Shown: positions 17,860 to 27,068, numbered from the stretch's first letter. The stretch is 50,975 nucleotides of DNA from Gemmatimonadota bacterium (GCA_038153405.1 JAYOYH010000019.1:1-50975), one strand, 5' to 3'. Translations and numbers: made by a program. The notes: generated by a model not told the origin, from the letters alone.

Positions 17860-19026
17860 TCAATTCGCTTCCAAATCTCGCACCATCTGGCAGATAGCCG
17901 TGACGCCCTGTTGTATATGCTCATCGGATGCAGCGATGGAAATGCGCACGTGGTCGGCGCACATGGCCCCAAACGTGCTGCCCGGTGCAACGGCCACCCC
18001 CCTTTCCTGCAGAAGCCGCGTAGCGAAGTCGCGCGAGTCGAGGCCGGAGGGCGATATGTCGATGAGCAGATAGATGGCCCCGCCGGGGCTGTAGCGGTAT
18101 AGGTCGTATTCGCGCAGGATATCGAGTGCGATCTGCAGTCGGCGCGCATAGGCATCGCGCATTGCCTCAACGCAGTCCTGCGGGCCGTCCAGCGCCTCTG
18201 CCGAGGCCAATTGGGAAAAGCCGGTGCCGCAGGAGACAAAGGGTTCCTGCAATTTAGCTGCCAATTCGATATAGTCGCGCGGTCCGCGCGTAAAGCCGAC
18301 TCGATAGCCGGTCATGGCATAGCTCTTTGACATGCCGCTGACGATGAGTGCGCGCCCATCCTCATCGTATGGCAGCGCCGATACATGGCCTTCGCCAAAG
18401 GTAATATCGGCATATATTTCATCGGAAAGCACCCAGAGGTCGCGGTGCTTGGCCAACTGCATTAGCGCCGACATCGCGTCTGCGTCGTAGACCTGCCCGG
18501 TTGGATTGGAGGGCGTGCACAGCAGCAGCAATTTTGTGCGCGGCGAGATCAGGCTGTCTATCTGGTCTACGTCGGGCAGAAATTGGTTTTCTGAACGCAG
18601 GTCGTAAAAAACAGGCTGCGCGTGAATGAGCGACGCGGCCATATTGTAATTGGGCCAACCTGGATCGGGCAGCAGCACCTCGTCGCCCGGTTCGAGCAGC
18701 GAGAAAAAAGCCGAAGCAATGCTCATGACCGCTCCGGGCGTGACGAGAATATTCTCGGCCGTCGTCTCGACGCCGCTGCGCTGCTGAAAATAGCGCGCAG
18801 CCGCCTGACGCAGCGGATCCACGCCCGCATTGGGCACGTACTTTGTGTGGCCATCGCGCACGTAGCGGCAGGTGGCATCGACGATGTGTTCGGGGGTGGC
18901 AAAGTCGGGTTGGCCTACTTCTAAGTGAATGACGGGTCGCTGCTTTTCGACGGCCCAGGCCATGTCCATGATTTCGCGTATGCCCGAACGCGGTATTTTC
19001 GAGGGAACGCTGGCAAATGCTTTCAT
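17860..19026 (-). CDS. Class I/II PLP-dependent aminotransferase (AspC/YugH-like)
   Basis: GQPDF.TP, PSNPTG, SDEIY and SKSYAMTGYRVG motifs; ATG 19026 overlaps the upstream stop (ATGA). Confidence 0.93.
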   Translation of the reverse strand: MKAFASVPSKIPRSGIREIMDMAWAVEKQRPVIHLEVGQPDFATPEHIVDATCRYVRDGHTKYVPNAGVDPLRQAAARYFQQRSGVETTAENILVTPGAVMSIASAFFSLLEPGDEVLLPDPGWPNYNMAASLIHAQPVFYDLRSENQFLPDVDQIDSLISPRTKLLLLCTPSNPTGQVYDADAMSALMQLAKHRDLWVLSDEIYADITFGEGHVSALPYDEDGRALIVSGMSKSYAMTGYRVGFTRGPRDYIELAAKLQEPFVSCGTGFSQLASAEALDGPQDCVEAMRDAYARRLQIALDILREYDLYRYSPGGAIYLLIDISPSGLDSRDFATRLLQERGVAVAPGSTFGAMCADHVRISIAASDEHIQQGVTAICQMVRDLEAN

Positions 19027-19820
19027 CGCAGATGGATACCTGGACCGGTCGAGCCGATCATTTGCACGGTATTGTATATTGAGGCGGGGGTCGATGCGCC
19101 CGTTACGCCGGTGATGCCCTCGACGCGCTCGACGTGCAGGTCGATGCCGGGCCCCTTGGCGTGGATGGCAACGGTGGCTTCTTTCCACGCGGGACTGACC
19201 TGTAGCACCGAGTGCGTGCGGTCAAAGCCGATGCCGGCGTAGGCTATGGCGGCATGGGTATTGACGTTGCGCGGAAAGAGCGGGCAGATGCCGCGCGTCG
19301 GTCCATCGTAGAGGGTCGTCTCTTCCTTGATCTCATCGGGGTCCAGTCCTGCGGCGGCACAGTCGACGTTGTGCGGCGGCTTTTTCATGATGACGTCGAC
19401 CGATTCCCACACGTCGCGATTTTCCAGCAGGGCGTCCATGCCGACGACTCCGCCGTGCGGTACAAAGGCGCGCGTGCCGCAGCGCTGCGTCGTTTCTTCG
19501 ATGTCCTGTTCGACCTGGCGATCGGCCAGCGCAGTGACCGAAATAAACATATAGTTGGTTTTTTCCAAAATGGCTTTACCCCAGGCGCGCGTGACGTCGG
19601 GGTGAGCCATTTCGACGATTAGGTCGGGTTTTTTCTCTTCAAATTGGGCCAAGTCATCGAGGGCCAGGTCGGCGGGTATGTCGTTGAGGGCTGCGGCAAA
19701 TTGGTCGTGGACAAAGACGACCTGCATGCCGGTGTGCGGGTTGGCGTTAATCATATGATGAACAGCGCGGCCGATCTGGCCGTAGCCCACTAGGCCGATG
19801 CGCGTCGCGTTTGTGCTCAT
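19023..19820 (-). CDS. Aspartate dehydrogenase (NadX/DUF108)-like protein, divergent
   Basis: GLVGYGQIG, VEMAHP, GGVVGMDAL, KPP and LYDG...FPRNVN..A motifs. Confidence 0.82.
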   Translation of the reverse strand: MSTNATRIGLVGYGQIGRAVHHMINANPHTGMQVVFVHDQFAAALNDIPADLALDDLAQFEEKKPDLIVEMAHPDVTRAWGKAILEKTNYMFISVTALADRQVEQDIEETTQRCGTRAFVPHGGVVGMDALLENRDVWESVDVIMKKPPHNVDCAAAGLDPDEIKEETTLYDGPTRGICPLFPRNVNTHAAIAYAGIGFDRTHSVLQVSPAWKEATVAIHAKGPGIDLHVERVEGITGVTGASTPASIYNTVQMIGSTGPGIHLR

Positions 19821-19866
19821 GGCGGTTCTCCTATTGAGAGAGTAATGCGCTGGAAAAAACAGGCAG

Positions 19867-19895
19867 AATATATGGAATGGCGCCTTTTCTGGCGA
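19867..19895 (-). promoter_or_regulatory. Putative sigma70 promoter for the NadX-like/aminotransferase operon
   Basis: TCGCCA-17 nt-TATATT on the minus strand. Confidence 0.4.
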
Positions 19896-20080
19896 GGGGG
19901 TATGGGCCGGCGCAAGTGGATTTTGCCGTGGGGTTATCGTATTCTACGATGGCGTAGATCGTGGGTAACGCCCGTGTTCTATAACAATATGTGGTGTTAT
20001 GCAGACGGGCGCGTCGCGGTGTCCAATATAAAGATCAAGGTTTTTGTAACCCATCCGATAGTAAGTGTGCGGAGGTAATA

Positions 20081-20779
20081 GTGCCACTTCGATTAAAAAA
20101 AAGGCGTAAGCGCGCCGACTGGGCAGCGCGTGCGTTCGGTATACTAGGCAGCGCGTGTTTGGTTGCGGCCGGCGTAGCCCTGTGGCAGAGGGCGCAGGCC
20201 GGCGAGGCGCATTCAGCCGTCGACCAGACCGTTCAATCTACCGTGCTTGCAGCATCCGCAGCGGCCAGGATAGATGATGCCGAGCAGACGTTCTATCCAC
20301 TGGAAGTGGGACGCTACTGGATTTACCGGCGGCACGACCCATCGCACGGCACCACGACCGAAGTAGAGCGCCGCATTGTGCGTCGAGAGAGTCGGGCCGA
20401 ACGCGATGTCTATTTTTTTGACGATGGCACGGTTGCTTACCGCGAAGACGGCAAGGTGTTTGAAATGGGCCCAGAAGGGGGCGTCAACGTCGTCGTCGTC
20501 GATGCGGCGCAGACCTCTGCTCCCTACGCGTACCGCAGCCAGGGCCTTTACATCGAGAAGGAAGTTGGGGTTCGCGATACGCTGCTGACGGTCGACGGAC
20601 TGCGCTACGAACGCTGCGTGCAGGTTCTAACGCATTTTCGCCGCGAGCAAGAGTCGCAGGTCATGTCCTATGCCTCGTACTATTCCCCGGGCGTAGGGCT
20701 GGTCGGGCGCGAAACGTGGCCGCGCAGCGAAAAGCAGCCGATGGAAGTCCTGCTGGCTTTCGGCCCGCGCAATTTATAG
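20081..20779 (+). CDS. Membrane-anchored beta-rich hypothetical protein
   Basis: GGAGG RBS before GTG 20081; KKRRKR plus TM helix; FYPLEVGRYWIY and YYSPGVGLV motifs. Confidence 0.75.
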   Translation: MPLRLKKRRKRADWAARAFGILGSACLVAAGVALWQRAQAGEAHSAVDQTVQSTVLAASAAARIDDAEQTFYPLEVGRYWIYRRHDPSHGTTTEVERRIVRRESRAERDVYFFDDGTVAYREDGKVFEMGPEGGVNVVVVDAAQTSAPYAYRSQGLYIEKEVGVRDTLLTVDGLRYERCVQVLTHFRREQESQVMSYASYYSPGVGLVGRETWPRSEKQPMEVLLAFGPRNL

Positions 20780-20855
20780 TCGTTTTATGCGAACAATTAG
20801 CGCGGGGTAGCAACCCCGCCATACAATACGGATCGTAAACGAGAGTAGACTCCCC

Positions 20856-21908
20856 ATGCTCTACATACATTGCACCATACTATGTATAGCTCTGTGCGCC
20901 GCATCCGCCTTTGCCCAAATGGCGACGGCGCGCGTCGGCCAGGTCATGAGCGACGGCGCCATTGCGGTCGAACTGGAAGCGGGCGCCAATCAGGGCTTGG
21001 TGCGCGGCGCGTCGGTTACGCTGCTGCGCGAGGGCGAAAAGATCGTCCACCCGCTCAGCGGCGAGGTGTTGGGTGTGCCGCAGGAACCGGTCGGTGTGGC
21101 CGAAGTGCGCAGCGTTAGGGCGAATCGCTCCGTTGCCATTTTAGTGAAGACTTATTCGACTCCACGCGTTGGCGACGTGGCAGAATACGAGGAAGCACCG
21201 CTGCAGCAAGCGGTCGGCGCGATTGAAAACCCCGCGGCAGTCGAGCAGGTCATGGAGCGGGTGCGCGGTCTGGAAAACGACATCAAGAGCTATCAAAAAT
21301 CTCAGAAGACCCTCTCGGCATATCCCGTGTTTGCCCAGCAGGTGTGGGATGAGATGGGCGCCATAAAATCGTATCTCGTGACCATGGACGAACGCCTGAT
21401 CGAATTAGAAGCGCAGCAAGGTGAAGATCGCAACCGCCTGGCCCAGGTGATCGGCGGTGAGAGTAGGTCCGAGAATGCGCGCGAACTCACCATACGCTAC
21501 AGCGAAGATACCGATGTGCGTCTGCAGGTGGCCGGCAAGACGTTGGTCATTAGCGTGGAGCGCGATTCGCTGCACCTGGAAGAGGTGAGCAATGCCGATG
21601 AAATGGCAGTGGTGTCTGATACAACAGCGCTAGACGAGGAGGGCGTAGAAGAAGAGATTGGTTGGGACTTTAGCTTCGATACCGCAGCGCTTAGTTCGCC
21701 GGCCGTAGTGGGGGGAGTTGTCGCCTTTATCGTCGCGCTGACGGCTGCCGCTATATATATCATAAAACGGCGCTACGATGATGTGATGAGCGGGTTAGAC
21801 GACTTCGATGAGGGCGTGGCGGACGACGAGGATTTCGACGAAGAATTCGACGAAGACGATTTTGAAGACGACGAAGACTTCGAAGATGAATTTGAAAAAA
21901 GAGTGTAG
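20856..21908 (+). CDS. Signal peptide, FlgT-C-like domain, coiled coil, C-terminal TM helix and highly acidic cytoplasmic tail
   Basis: AGANQGLVRG...REGEKIVHPLSGEVLG...VG.AEV..V; TM VVGGVVAFIVALTAAAIYII-KRR; D/E/F-rich tail. Confidence 0.8.
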   Translation: MLYIHCTILCIALCAASAFAQMATARVGQVMSDGAIAVELEAGANQGLVRGASVTLLREGEKIVHPLSGEVLGVPQEPVGVAEVRSVRANRSVAILVKTYSTPRVGDVAEYEEAPLQQAVGAIENPAAVEQVMERVRGLENDIKSYQKSQKTLSAYPVFAQQVWDEMGAIKSYLVTMDERLIELEAQQGEDRNRLAQVIGGESRSENARELTIRYSEDTDVRLQVAGKTLVISVERDSLHLEEVSNADEMAVVSDTTALDEEGVEEEIGWDFSFDTAALSSPAVVGGVVAFIVALTAAAIYIIKRRYDDVMSGLDDFDEGVADDEDFDEEFDEDDFEDDEDFEDEFEKRV

Positions 21909-21911
21909 AGC

Positions 21912-22778
21912 ATGATGAGAAAAATGCTACTAGTCGCGGCGCTGCTGATGTCGGCAGCCGTGGTTCGAGCCGAAAATGCGCACTACGTAATTAAGGTGAC
22001 GCCGGCCCTAGTCTATATCGATGCCGGCGCGGAAAATGACGTGCAGGTGGGCGAGACCTTTCTGGTCCTGCGCGCTGACGAAGACCGCTATGTCCAGATT
22101 GGCGAGATCGAAATAGTGCGCGTCTCTAGCGGCTTTAGCATTGGCGAGATAGCCTATGTCGCACAGGGCGAGACGATAGAAGTTCTGCGGCGCGTAATTG
22201 CCAAGCGCGAGTGGGAGCGCCTTGGCGAAGAGGCCAAGACTGCCGAGGCGGTCCAACCCGTATACGAACACCAAGTATCGGTATCGCACGTCGTCGGCAA
22301 GCGATCGGTGCTCGTCCTGTTTGGCGGCGATTGGGGTCGGGATGCCGACCTGCGCTGGAACGTGGAAGACAACCTCTTGGCCGAGGCTAAGTCGAATAAC
22401 GGGCTGGGCTTTGGCGTGCGTTTAGGTCACGTGTTCGACAGGCGCTGGCGGCTCAATTTTACCTACCGAGCGGGCGTTGGCGGCGGCACGACGGACCTGT
22501 CAATAGAGACCGATATACACCGCTTGTTAAGCGACTACGACTGCACGGGTTTATACGTTGGGGTGGGGGCTGGCCTACATCAGCTGAGCGTCGACGCCCC
22601 CGGCAACAGCGACGACTCGGCCAACAAAATGGGTTTCAATGTCTCGGCTGGTGTGCAGGTGCCAGGGAGGCACTGGACGCTGTTGGCGGAAACGGGCTAC
22701 CAATACGTCATCAAGTGGGGACCGCTGATCGACGTGAGCAACGTGCGCACCTACATCGGTATGGCGCGCACGTTCTGA
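21912..22778 (+). CDS. Outer-membrane beta-barrel protein with N-terminal FlgT-C-like domain
   Basis: Signal peptide; VYIDAG..NDVQVGE.F.V.R...IGEIEIVRV; OmpA-like strands (LYVGVGAG, GFNVSAGVQ); terminal Phe. Confidence 0.8.
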   Translation: MMRKMLLVAALLMSAAVVRAENAHYVIKVTPALVYIDAGAENDVQVGETFLVLRADEDRYVQIGEIEIVRVSSGFSIGEIAYVAQGETIEVLRRVIAKREWERLGEEAKTAEAVQPVYEHQVSVSHVVGKRSVLVLFGGDWGRDADLRWNVEDNLLAEAKSNNGLGFGVRLGHVFDRRWRLNFTYRAGVGGGTTDLSIETDIHRLLSDYDCTGLYVGVGAGLHQLSVDAPGNSDDSANKMGFNVSAGVQVPGRHWTLLAETGYQYVIKWGPLIDVSNVRTYIGMARTF

Positions 22779-22799
22779 AGTAATATCAGGCAGGCGAAG

Positions 22800-22832
22800 G
22801 CGGGGGCGTCTCGGTGGAGGCGTCCCCGCTTT
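22800..22832. terminator. Hairpin/terminator between convergent genes
   Basis: GCGGGGGCGTCTC-GGTG-GAGGCGTCCCCGC followed by TTT. Confidence 0.65.
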
Positions 22833-22838
22833 GCGTTC

Positions 22839-23759
22839 TCACCCTGTGGCCGCTTCGGCTTTAGCCTTTTTGCGCCCTGCGACTTTGCAGATCCAAATGC
22901 TGAGTTCGTAGAGCAAGAGGAGCGGAAGGGCCATCATGAACTGGGAAACGGGGTCGGGTGGTGTAATAATCGCAGCGATGACGAATATACCTACGATGGC
23001 ATAGCGACGTATGCGGCGCATAGTCTCAGCCGTTAGAATACCCACTTTGGCCAGAAAGAGGGCGATAACGGGCATTTCAAAGACGATGCCAAAGCCGAGG
23101 ATGAGGCGCAGCACAAAGCCGATGTATTCGTCGGCAGCCCACTGCGACGTCATATCGGGCGGTTCGAGAGCGAGAAAAAAGCGCAGGCCGATAGGCAGCA
23201 CCAGCTCGTAGGCGATGAGTGCGCCCACGGCAAAGCACAGCACGCTCAGCGAAATAATAGGAAGGGCTAAGCGCCGCTCGGAGTGCAGCAGGCCGGGTGC
23301 GACAAATTGCCAGACTTGCAGAAAGACGTAGGGTAGAGACAGGACGAATCCTCCCATAAAAGCCACCTGCAGGCTGATAAAGAAGTACGTCATGGGGCGC
23401 AGGGCCTGCAGGCGCCGGGCGGGAGGTATTTCCACGACGTCGGCAATTTGGCTTTCATTGGTTGGCTCCCGATCGAGCCAGCGATCGAGCAGATTCTGCA
23501 TGGCGGCGACGGCGCCCGGTGAGCGCTGGTTTTCCAGGCTGAGCACGGCCTCTTCATAAGGGCGGGTGAGCAGACCCATGACTGCGTCGGAGAAGGTAAA
23601 GCACGCGATTGATCCCACGAGAACAGCGGCCAGCGAGCGCAGTATGCGCCAGCGCAGCTCTTCGAGATGGTCGAGAAAGGCCATATCGCTCGGTGGCGGC
23701 GGTTGCTTTGACAGTTCGCCCTGGTTAGTGGGTGCGGGATGCCGACTCTCGTCAGTCAT
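22839..23759 (-). CDS. tatC: Twin-arginine translocase subunit TatC
   Basis: FLDHLEELRWR, QVWQFVAPGL, FEMP and TPPDPVSQ motifs. Confidence 0.96.
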   Translation of the reverse strand: MTDESRHPAPTNQGELSKQPPPPSDMAFLDHLEELRWRILRSLAAVLVGSIACFTFSDAVMGLLTRPYEEAVLSLENQRSPGAVAAMQNLLDRWLDREPTNESQIADVVEIPPARRLQALRPMTYFFISLQVAFMGGFVLSLPYVFLQVWQFVAPGLLHSERRLALPIISLSVLCFAVGALIAYELVLPIGLRFFLALEPPDMTSQWAADEYIGFVLRLILGFGIVFEMPVIALFLAKVGILTAETMRRIRRYAIVGIFVIAAIITPPDPVSQFMMALPLLLLYELSIWICKVAGRKKAKAEAATG

Positions 23760-25302
23760 AGTTGCGTGCGTTTCTCAGGCGCGCTGCGGCCAGGCACAGT
23801 AGGCTACATAGTAGGCATGCCTGCGCAAAGAGGTCGCCGTAGCGACTGTAAAAGGATCCGCTCTGGGCGATGGGTATATCGCCGACGAGGGCGGCCTCGG
23901 TGAAGAGCTCACTGGTCTGGTAGCGGCGCCCGAAGCGATCGATAAAGAGCGACTGTCCGCTGGTGGCACAGCGGGCAATCGCGACGCGGTTTTCTATGGC
24001 GCGCATAGCGTTGAGCAGCGCGTGCTGATAGGGGCCGGCGCTGCGCCCAAACCAGGAGTCGTTGGTGATGTTTATAAGCACTTGGGCCCCGGCCATGACG
24101 TGGCGGCGCACCAAGTCGGGAAAGACCGACTCAAAGCAGATCAGCACGGCGAAACGGGCGCGCTCATGCGAGAAAATAGTGCGCTGGCGGCCCGGTGCAA
24201 ATTCGGCCGGTCCGAGGTCCCCGGTCAACTGGGTCCAGTCGATAGACTGGAGTAGGGGTATGCTGTCGCGATAGGGTGTGCGTTCGCCAAAAGGCACCAA
24301 GTGCATTTTGGCATAGGATGGCATATCGCCTTGGTTAGGACGCACAAAGAACGCAGCGTTGTAGGGCTGTTGGCGTTCCGTATCGTAGTGGGATGCACCG
24401 GTGAGCAGAGGGACATCGATCTCGTCTATGAATTGCCGCACCCGCTGTTCGCAGTCTGACGTAAGGGCGAGATAACAGGGCAGTGCCGTCTCGGGCCAGA
24501 CAACGAGGTCGGGCTGTTGGGCGACGGTCTGCCGCGATAGGTCGGTCAGTCGCTCTAGGCTGCGCTCGAGTCCACCCCTTTGCCACTTTTCCTCCATGCT
24601 TAAGTTGGGCTGAACGAGTGCCACGCGCAGCTGTGGGTCTTTACCCGTATCGGCCAGTGTGCTGCGAGCATGCGCCCAGGGCAGCAAAAACGCGGCGGCG
24701 ATCGCAGCGACCAGCGCGCGGCGTGCCCTATAGCGCTGGTCTATGCAGAGAAAGATCAGCGCGTTGTTCAACGCCACCCAGAACGAAACGCCGTAGACGC
24801 CGGTGAGGGAGGCAAATTGCACGAAGTGCGTCTGTCCGGCTTGGGCGTGCCCGAGCAGCAGCCAGGGAAAGCCCAATTCGCCGAGGGAGAGGAGGTATTC
24901 CTGGGCGGTCCACAGCACGGGGGCGGCCATCCATGCCCAAGGCCCCCAGCGCGCGACGAGGCGATTGCAGGCCAGCGCCCACAGCGCGATAAAGAGGCCC
25001 AAATAGGCGGCCAGGAGCAGGGCACCGCCGACTACGGCCGGTCCTCCACCCTGCGTATAGGCCACCCAGTACAGGCAGAGTAGGTTGAAGGCAAAACCGG
25101 CAATCCAGCCGCTGTAAAAGGCTTGGCGGGTGGTCGCTCGATGGAGCGCCACAAACAAGGGCAGCAGCGCCAGGTGGCCCCAGAGCGGCTGGTACAGAGG
25201 GGCTAGTGCGGCGATCGGCGGACCGGGAAAGGAAAGGGCTAGCAGAACGCCGCTGAGTGTGGAGAGGAACCAGTGGGGGAGGAAGGGTATCGCCGTCCGC
25301 AC
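23752..25302 (-). CDS. lnt: Apolipoprotein N-acyltransferase
   Basis: GFPW..LG, WPETA, K.HLVPFGE, ICFES.F, NITNDSWFG and RAIEN motifs. Confidence 0.96.
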   Translation of the reverse strand: MRTAIPFLPHWFLSTLSGVLLALSFPGPPIAALAPLYQPLWGHLALLPLFVALHRATTRQAFYSGWIAGFAFNLLCLYWVAYTQGGGPAVVGGALLLAAYLGLFIALWALACNRLVARWGPWAWMAAPVLWTAQEYLLSLGELGFPWLLLGHAQAGQTHFVQFASLTGVYGVSFWVALNNALIFLCIDQRYRARRALVAAIAAAFLLPWAHARSTLADTGKDPQLRVALVQPNLSMEEKWQRGGLERSLERLTDLSRQTVAQQPDLVVWPETALPCYLALTSDCEQRVRQFIDEIDVPLLTGASHYDTERQQPYNAAFFVRPNQGDMPSYAKMHLVPFGERTPYRDSIPLLQSIDWTQLTGDLGPAEFAPGRQRTIFSHERARFAVLICFESVFPDLVRRHVMAGAQVLINITNDSWFGRSAGPYQHALLNAMRAIENRVAIARCATSGQSLFIDRFGRRYQTSELFTEAALVGDIPIAQSGSFYSRYGDLFAQACLLCSLLCLAAARLRNARNYD

Positions 25303-25363
25303 GGAGTCTATCGCAGGTAACGTTCAGGTGAAGTAGGGACGAAATGGATGGGTGTGCGAGCAG

Positions 25364-25392
25364 AATATAGACCGGTCCGTCCGCGCTGGCAA
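25364..25392 (-). promoter_or_regulatory. Putative sigma70 promoter for lnt-tatC
   Basis: TTGCCA-17 nt-TATATT on the minus strand. Confidence 0.55.
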
Positions 25393-25397
25393 GAACG

Positions 25398-25413
25398 TGG
25401 CACGGCTTGTGCT
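25398..25413 (+). promoter_or_regulatory. Possible sigma54 -24/-12 element upstream of radC
   Basis: TGGCACGGCTTGTGCT has GG-N10-GC spacing. Confidence 0.35.
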
Positions 25414-25572
25414 GCATAGGCGAGGAAAGGGTGTGTCCGCACCGGCGCAGTGTGTTGTGTAGCGGCCGGGCCACACGAGTGCGTTACTCATTGCACGAGA
25501 ATATGCGGGTTATCGCTAGCCTGTGTGAGCATGAAAAATCTGCGAAGATCGGCGATCGCAATGGAGAGCAAA

Positions 25573-26256
25573 ATGGGCGCTATGGCAAGTGAATTGGTAG
25601 ATCGGAGGCGGGCGCAGATGCCGCGCGAGCGCCTGCTGTACTGCGGAGCGGAATCGCTGCGCGACGGCGAATTGTTGGCGGTTGCCTTAGGGACGGGGTA
25701 TCGCGGGCGTCACGTGCTGGAAGTGGCCAGCGACGTGTTAAAACAGGTCAGCACAGAGCAACTGGTTGCGCTCGACGTAGCAGCGTGGCGGCATTTGAAG
25801 GGAATTGGACTTGCAAAGGCGGCACAGATGGTGGCGACCTTTGAGCTGGCACGTCGCGGCTTGGGCAAGGGCTTGGGCCTGCGCCCTAGCATTGTGCGTC
25901 CAGCCGATGCGCTGCCTCATTTGCAAGATATTCGCGAGCAGCGGCGCGAGCATTTCCTCTGTCTGTATCTCAACGCGCGCAACCAGATAATTCATCGGGA
26001 GGTGATTTCAATCGGCAGTTTGTCCGCTTCTATCGTGCATCCGCGCGAGGTGTTTCAGGTTGCCATAAGCCATTCGGCGGCCAGCATTGTGCTGTCGCAT
26101 AACCATCCGTCGGGGGATGTCTCACCGAGCCGCGACGACATCGAACTGACCCAGCGGTTAGTGCGCGCCGGCCAAATAATGGGCATAGATATACTCGATC
26201 ACATAATCATCGCAGCGGACGATGTGCTTAGTATGAAAGAGCACGGTTTGCTATGA
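25573..26256 (+). CDS. radC: RadC/JAB-domain protein (start uncertain, 25531-25582)
   Basis: PRERLL..G..SL.D.ELLA, KGIG.AKA, VHPREVF, HNHPSGD.SPS..D and LDHII motifs. Confidence 0.93.
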   Translation: MGAMASELVDRRRAQMPRERLLYCGAESLRDGELLAVALGTGYRGRHVLEVASDVLKQVSTEQLVALDVAAWRHLKGIGLAKAAQMVATFELARRGLGKGLGLRPSIVRPADALPHLQDIREQRREHFLCLYLNARNQIIHREVISIGSLSASIVHPREVFQVAISHSAASIVLSHNHPSGDVSPSRDDIELTQRLVRAGQIMGIDILDHIIIAADDVLSMKEHGLL

Positions 26257-26329
26257 TGCGCTTGCCGTTCGCAATCGAAGGAGTATATTACAAAATGCAG
26301 CGCGACCTCACTGCTCGCGTGCGTGCTAT

Positions 26330-27007
26330 ATGAAAAACGACGACGACATAATTCCTGTATCGATCTTCGATATCTACCCCTATCCCGATGCTCATCAGGG
26401 AATCGGGTCACCGCAAAATTTCCTAGTGCTGCTCAAAGGCGAGGCCGATGAACGCGTCGTTCCCATTACGATAGGTCATTTTGAAGGTCAGTCGCTAGCC
26501 ATGGCTATGCGCAAGGTCTCTATGTCGCGGCCGCTGCCGCACGACCTGCTGCGCCACGTCCTACAGCATATGGGTGCGCGCGCCGACAGGCTGGTTATAC
26601 ATACGCTGGAAGACGACGTATTTCACGCCTGTTTGCACATTGATGCCCCCGGTGATGCGCTGCCGCTCGACTGCAGGCCCAGCGATGGAATGATTCTCGC
26701 TACGCAGCTTGCCATTCCGCTCTTTATCAGCGAACAGGTGCTGGAAAAGGCTGGTCGCATCATTGAAATTGCCGAGAGTGCAGGCGTAGGCCATGCCGAG
26801 TACGACGGTGACGATGAATACGACGGCGACGATGAAGATGACGGCGTAGAAAATGCTGTAGAGACTGCGATAGCAGTCTGCGCGGAGGAGCTGAGCGATG
26901 TGGATAGGCTCAAGGCTCATCTCGATTGGCTCATTGCACAGGAGGCGTACGAAGAGGCGGCGGAGGTCAGGGATCAGATAAGCAAGCTGGAAGGACAAAG
27001 CGACTGA
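26330..27007 (+). CDS. Bifunctional nuclease (DUF151) with C-terminal UVR domain
   Basis: PITIG.FEG, RPL.HDL, DCRPSD and EAYEEAAEVRDQI motifs. Confidence 0.88.
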   Translation: MKNDDDIIPVSIFDIYPYPDAHQGIGSPQNFLVLLKGEADERVVPITIGHFEGQSLAMAMRKVSMSRPLPHDLLRHVLQHMGARADRLVIHTLEDDVFHACLHIDAPGDALPLDCRPSDGMILATQLAIPLFISEQVLEKAGRIIEIAESAGVGHAEYDGDDEYDGDDEDDGVENAVETAIAVCAEELSDVDRLKAHLDWLIAQEAYEEAAEVRDQISKLEGQSD

Positions 27008-27042
27008 CGAGATGGTCGTCGTAGTCAATTGAAAAAGCCCCT

Positions 27043-27068
27043 GCACCGCAATTTGGCGGTGTTTTTTT
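27043..27068 (+). terminator. Intrinsic terminator
   Basis: CACCGC / GCGGTG stem followed by T7. Confidence 0.65.

Noticed and set aside
19027..19188. Arg-rich extension of the aminotransferase ORF
   Set aside because: It overlaps the NadX-like gene. The ATGA coupling at 19023-19026 marks the real start.
25573..26256. radC as a marker of a mobile element or defence island
   Set aside because: It is the full-length chromosomal type with an N-terminal HhH region, and its neighbours are housekeeping genes.
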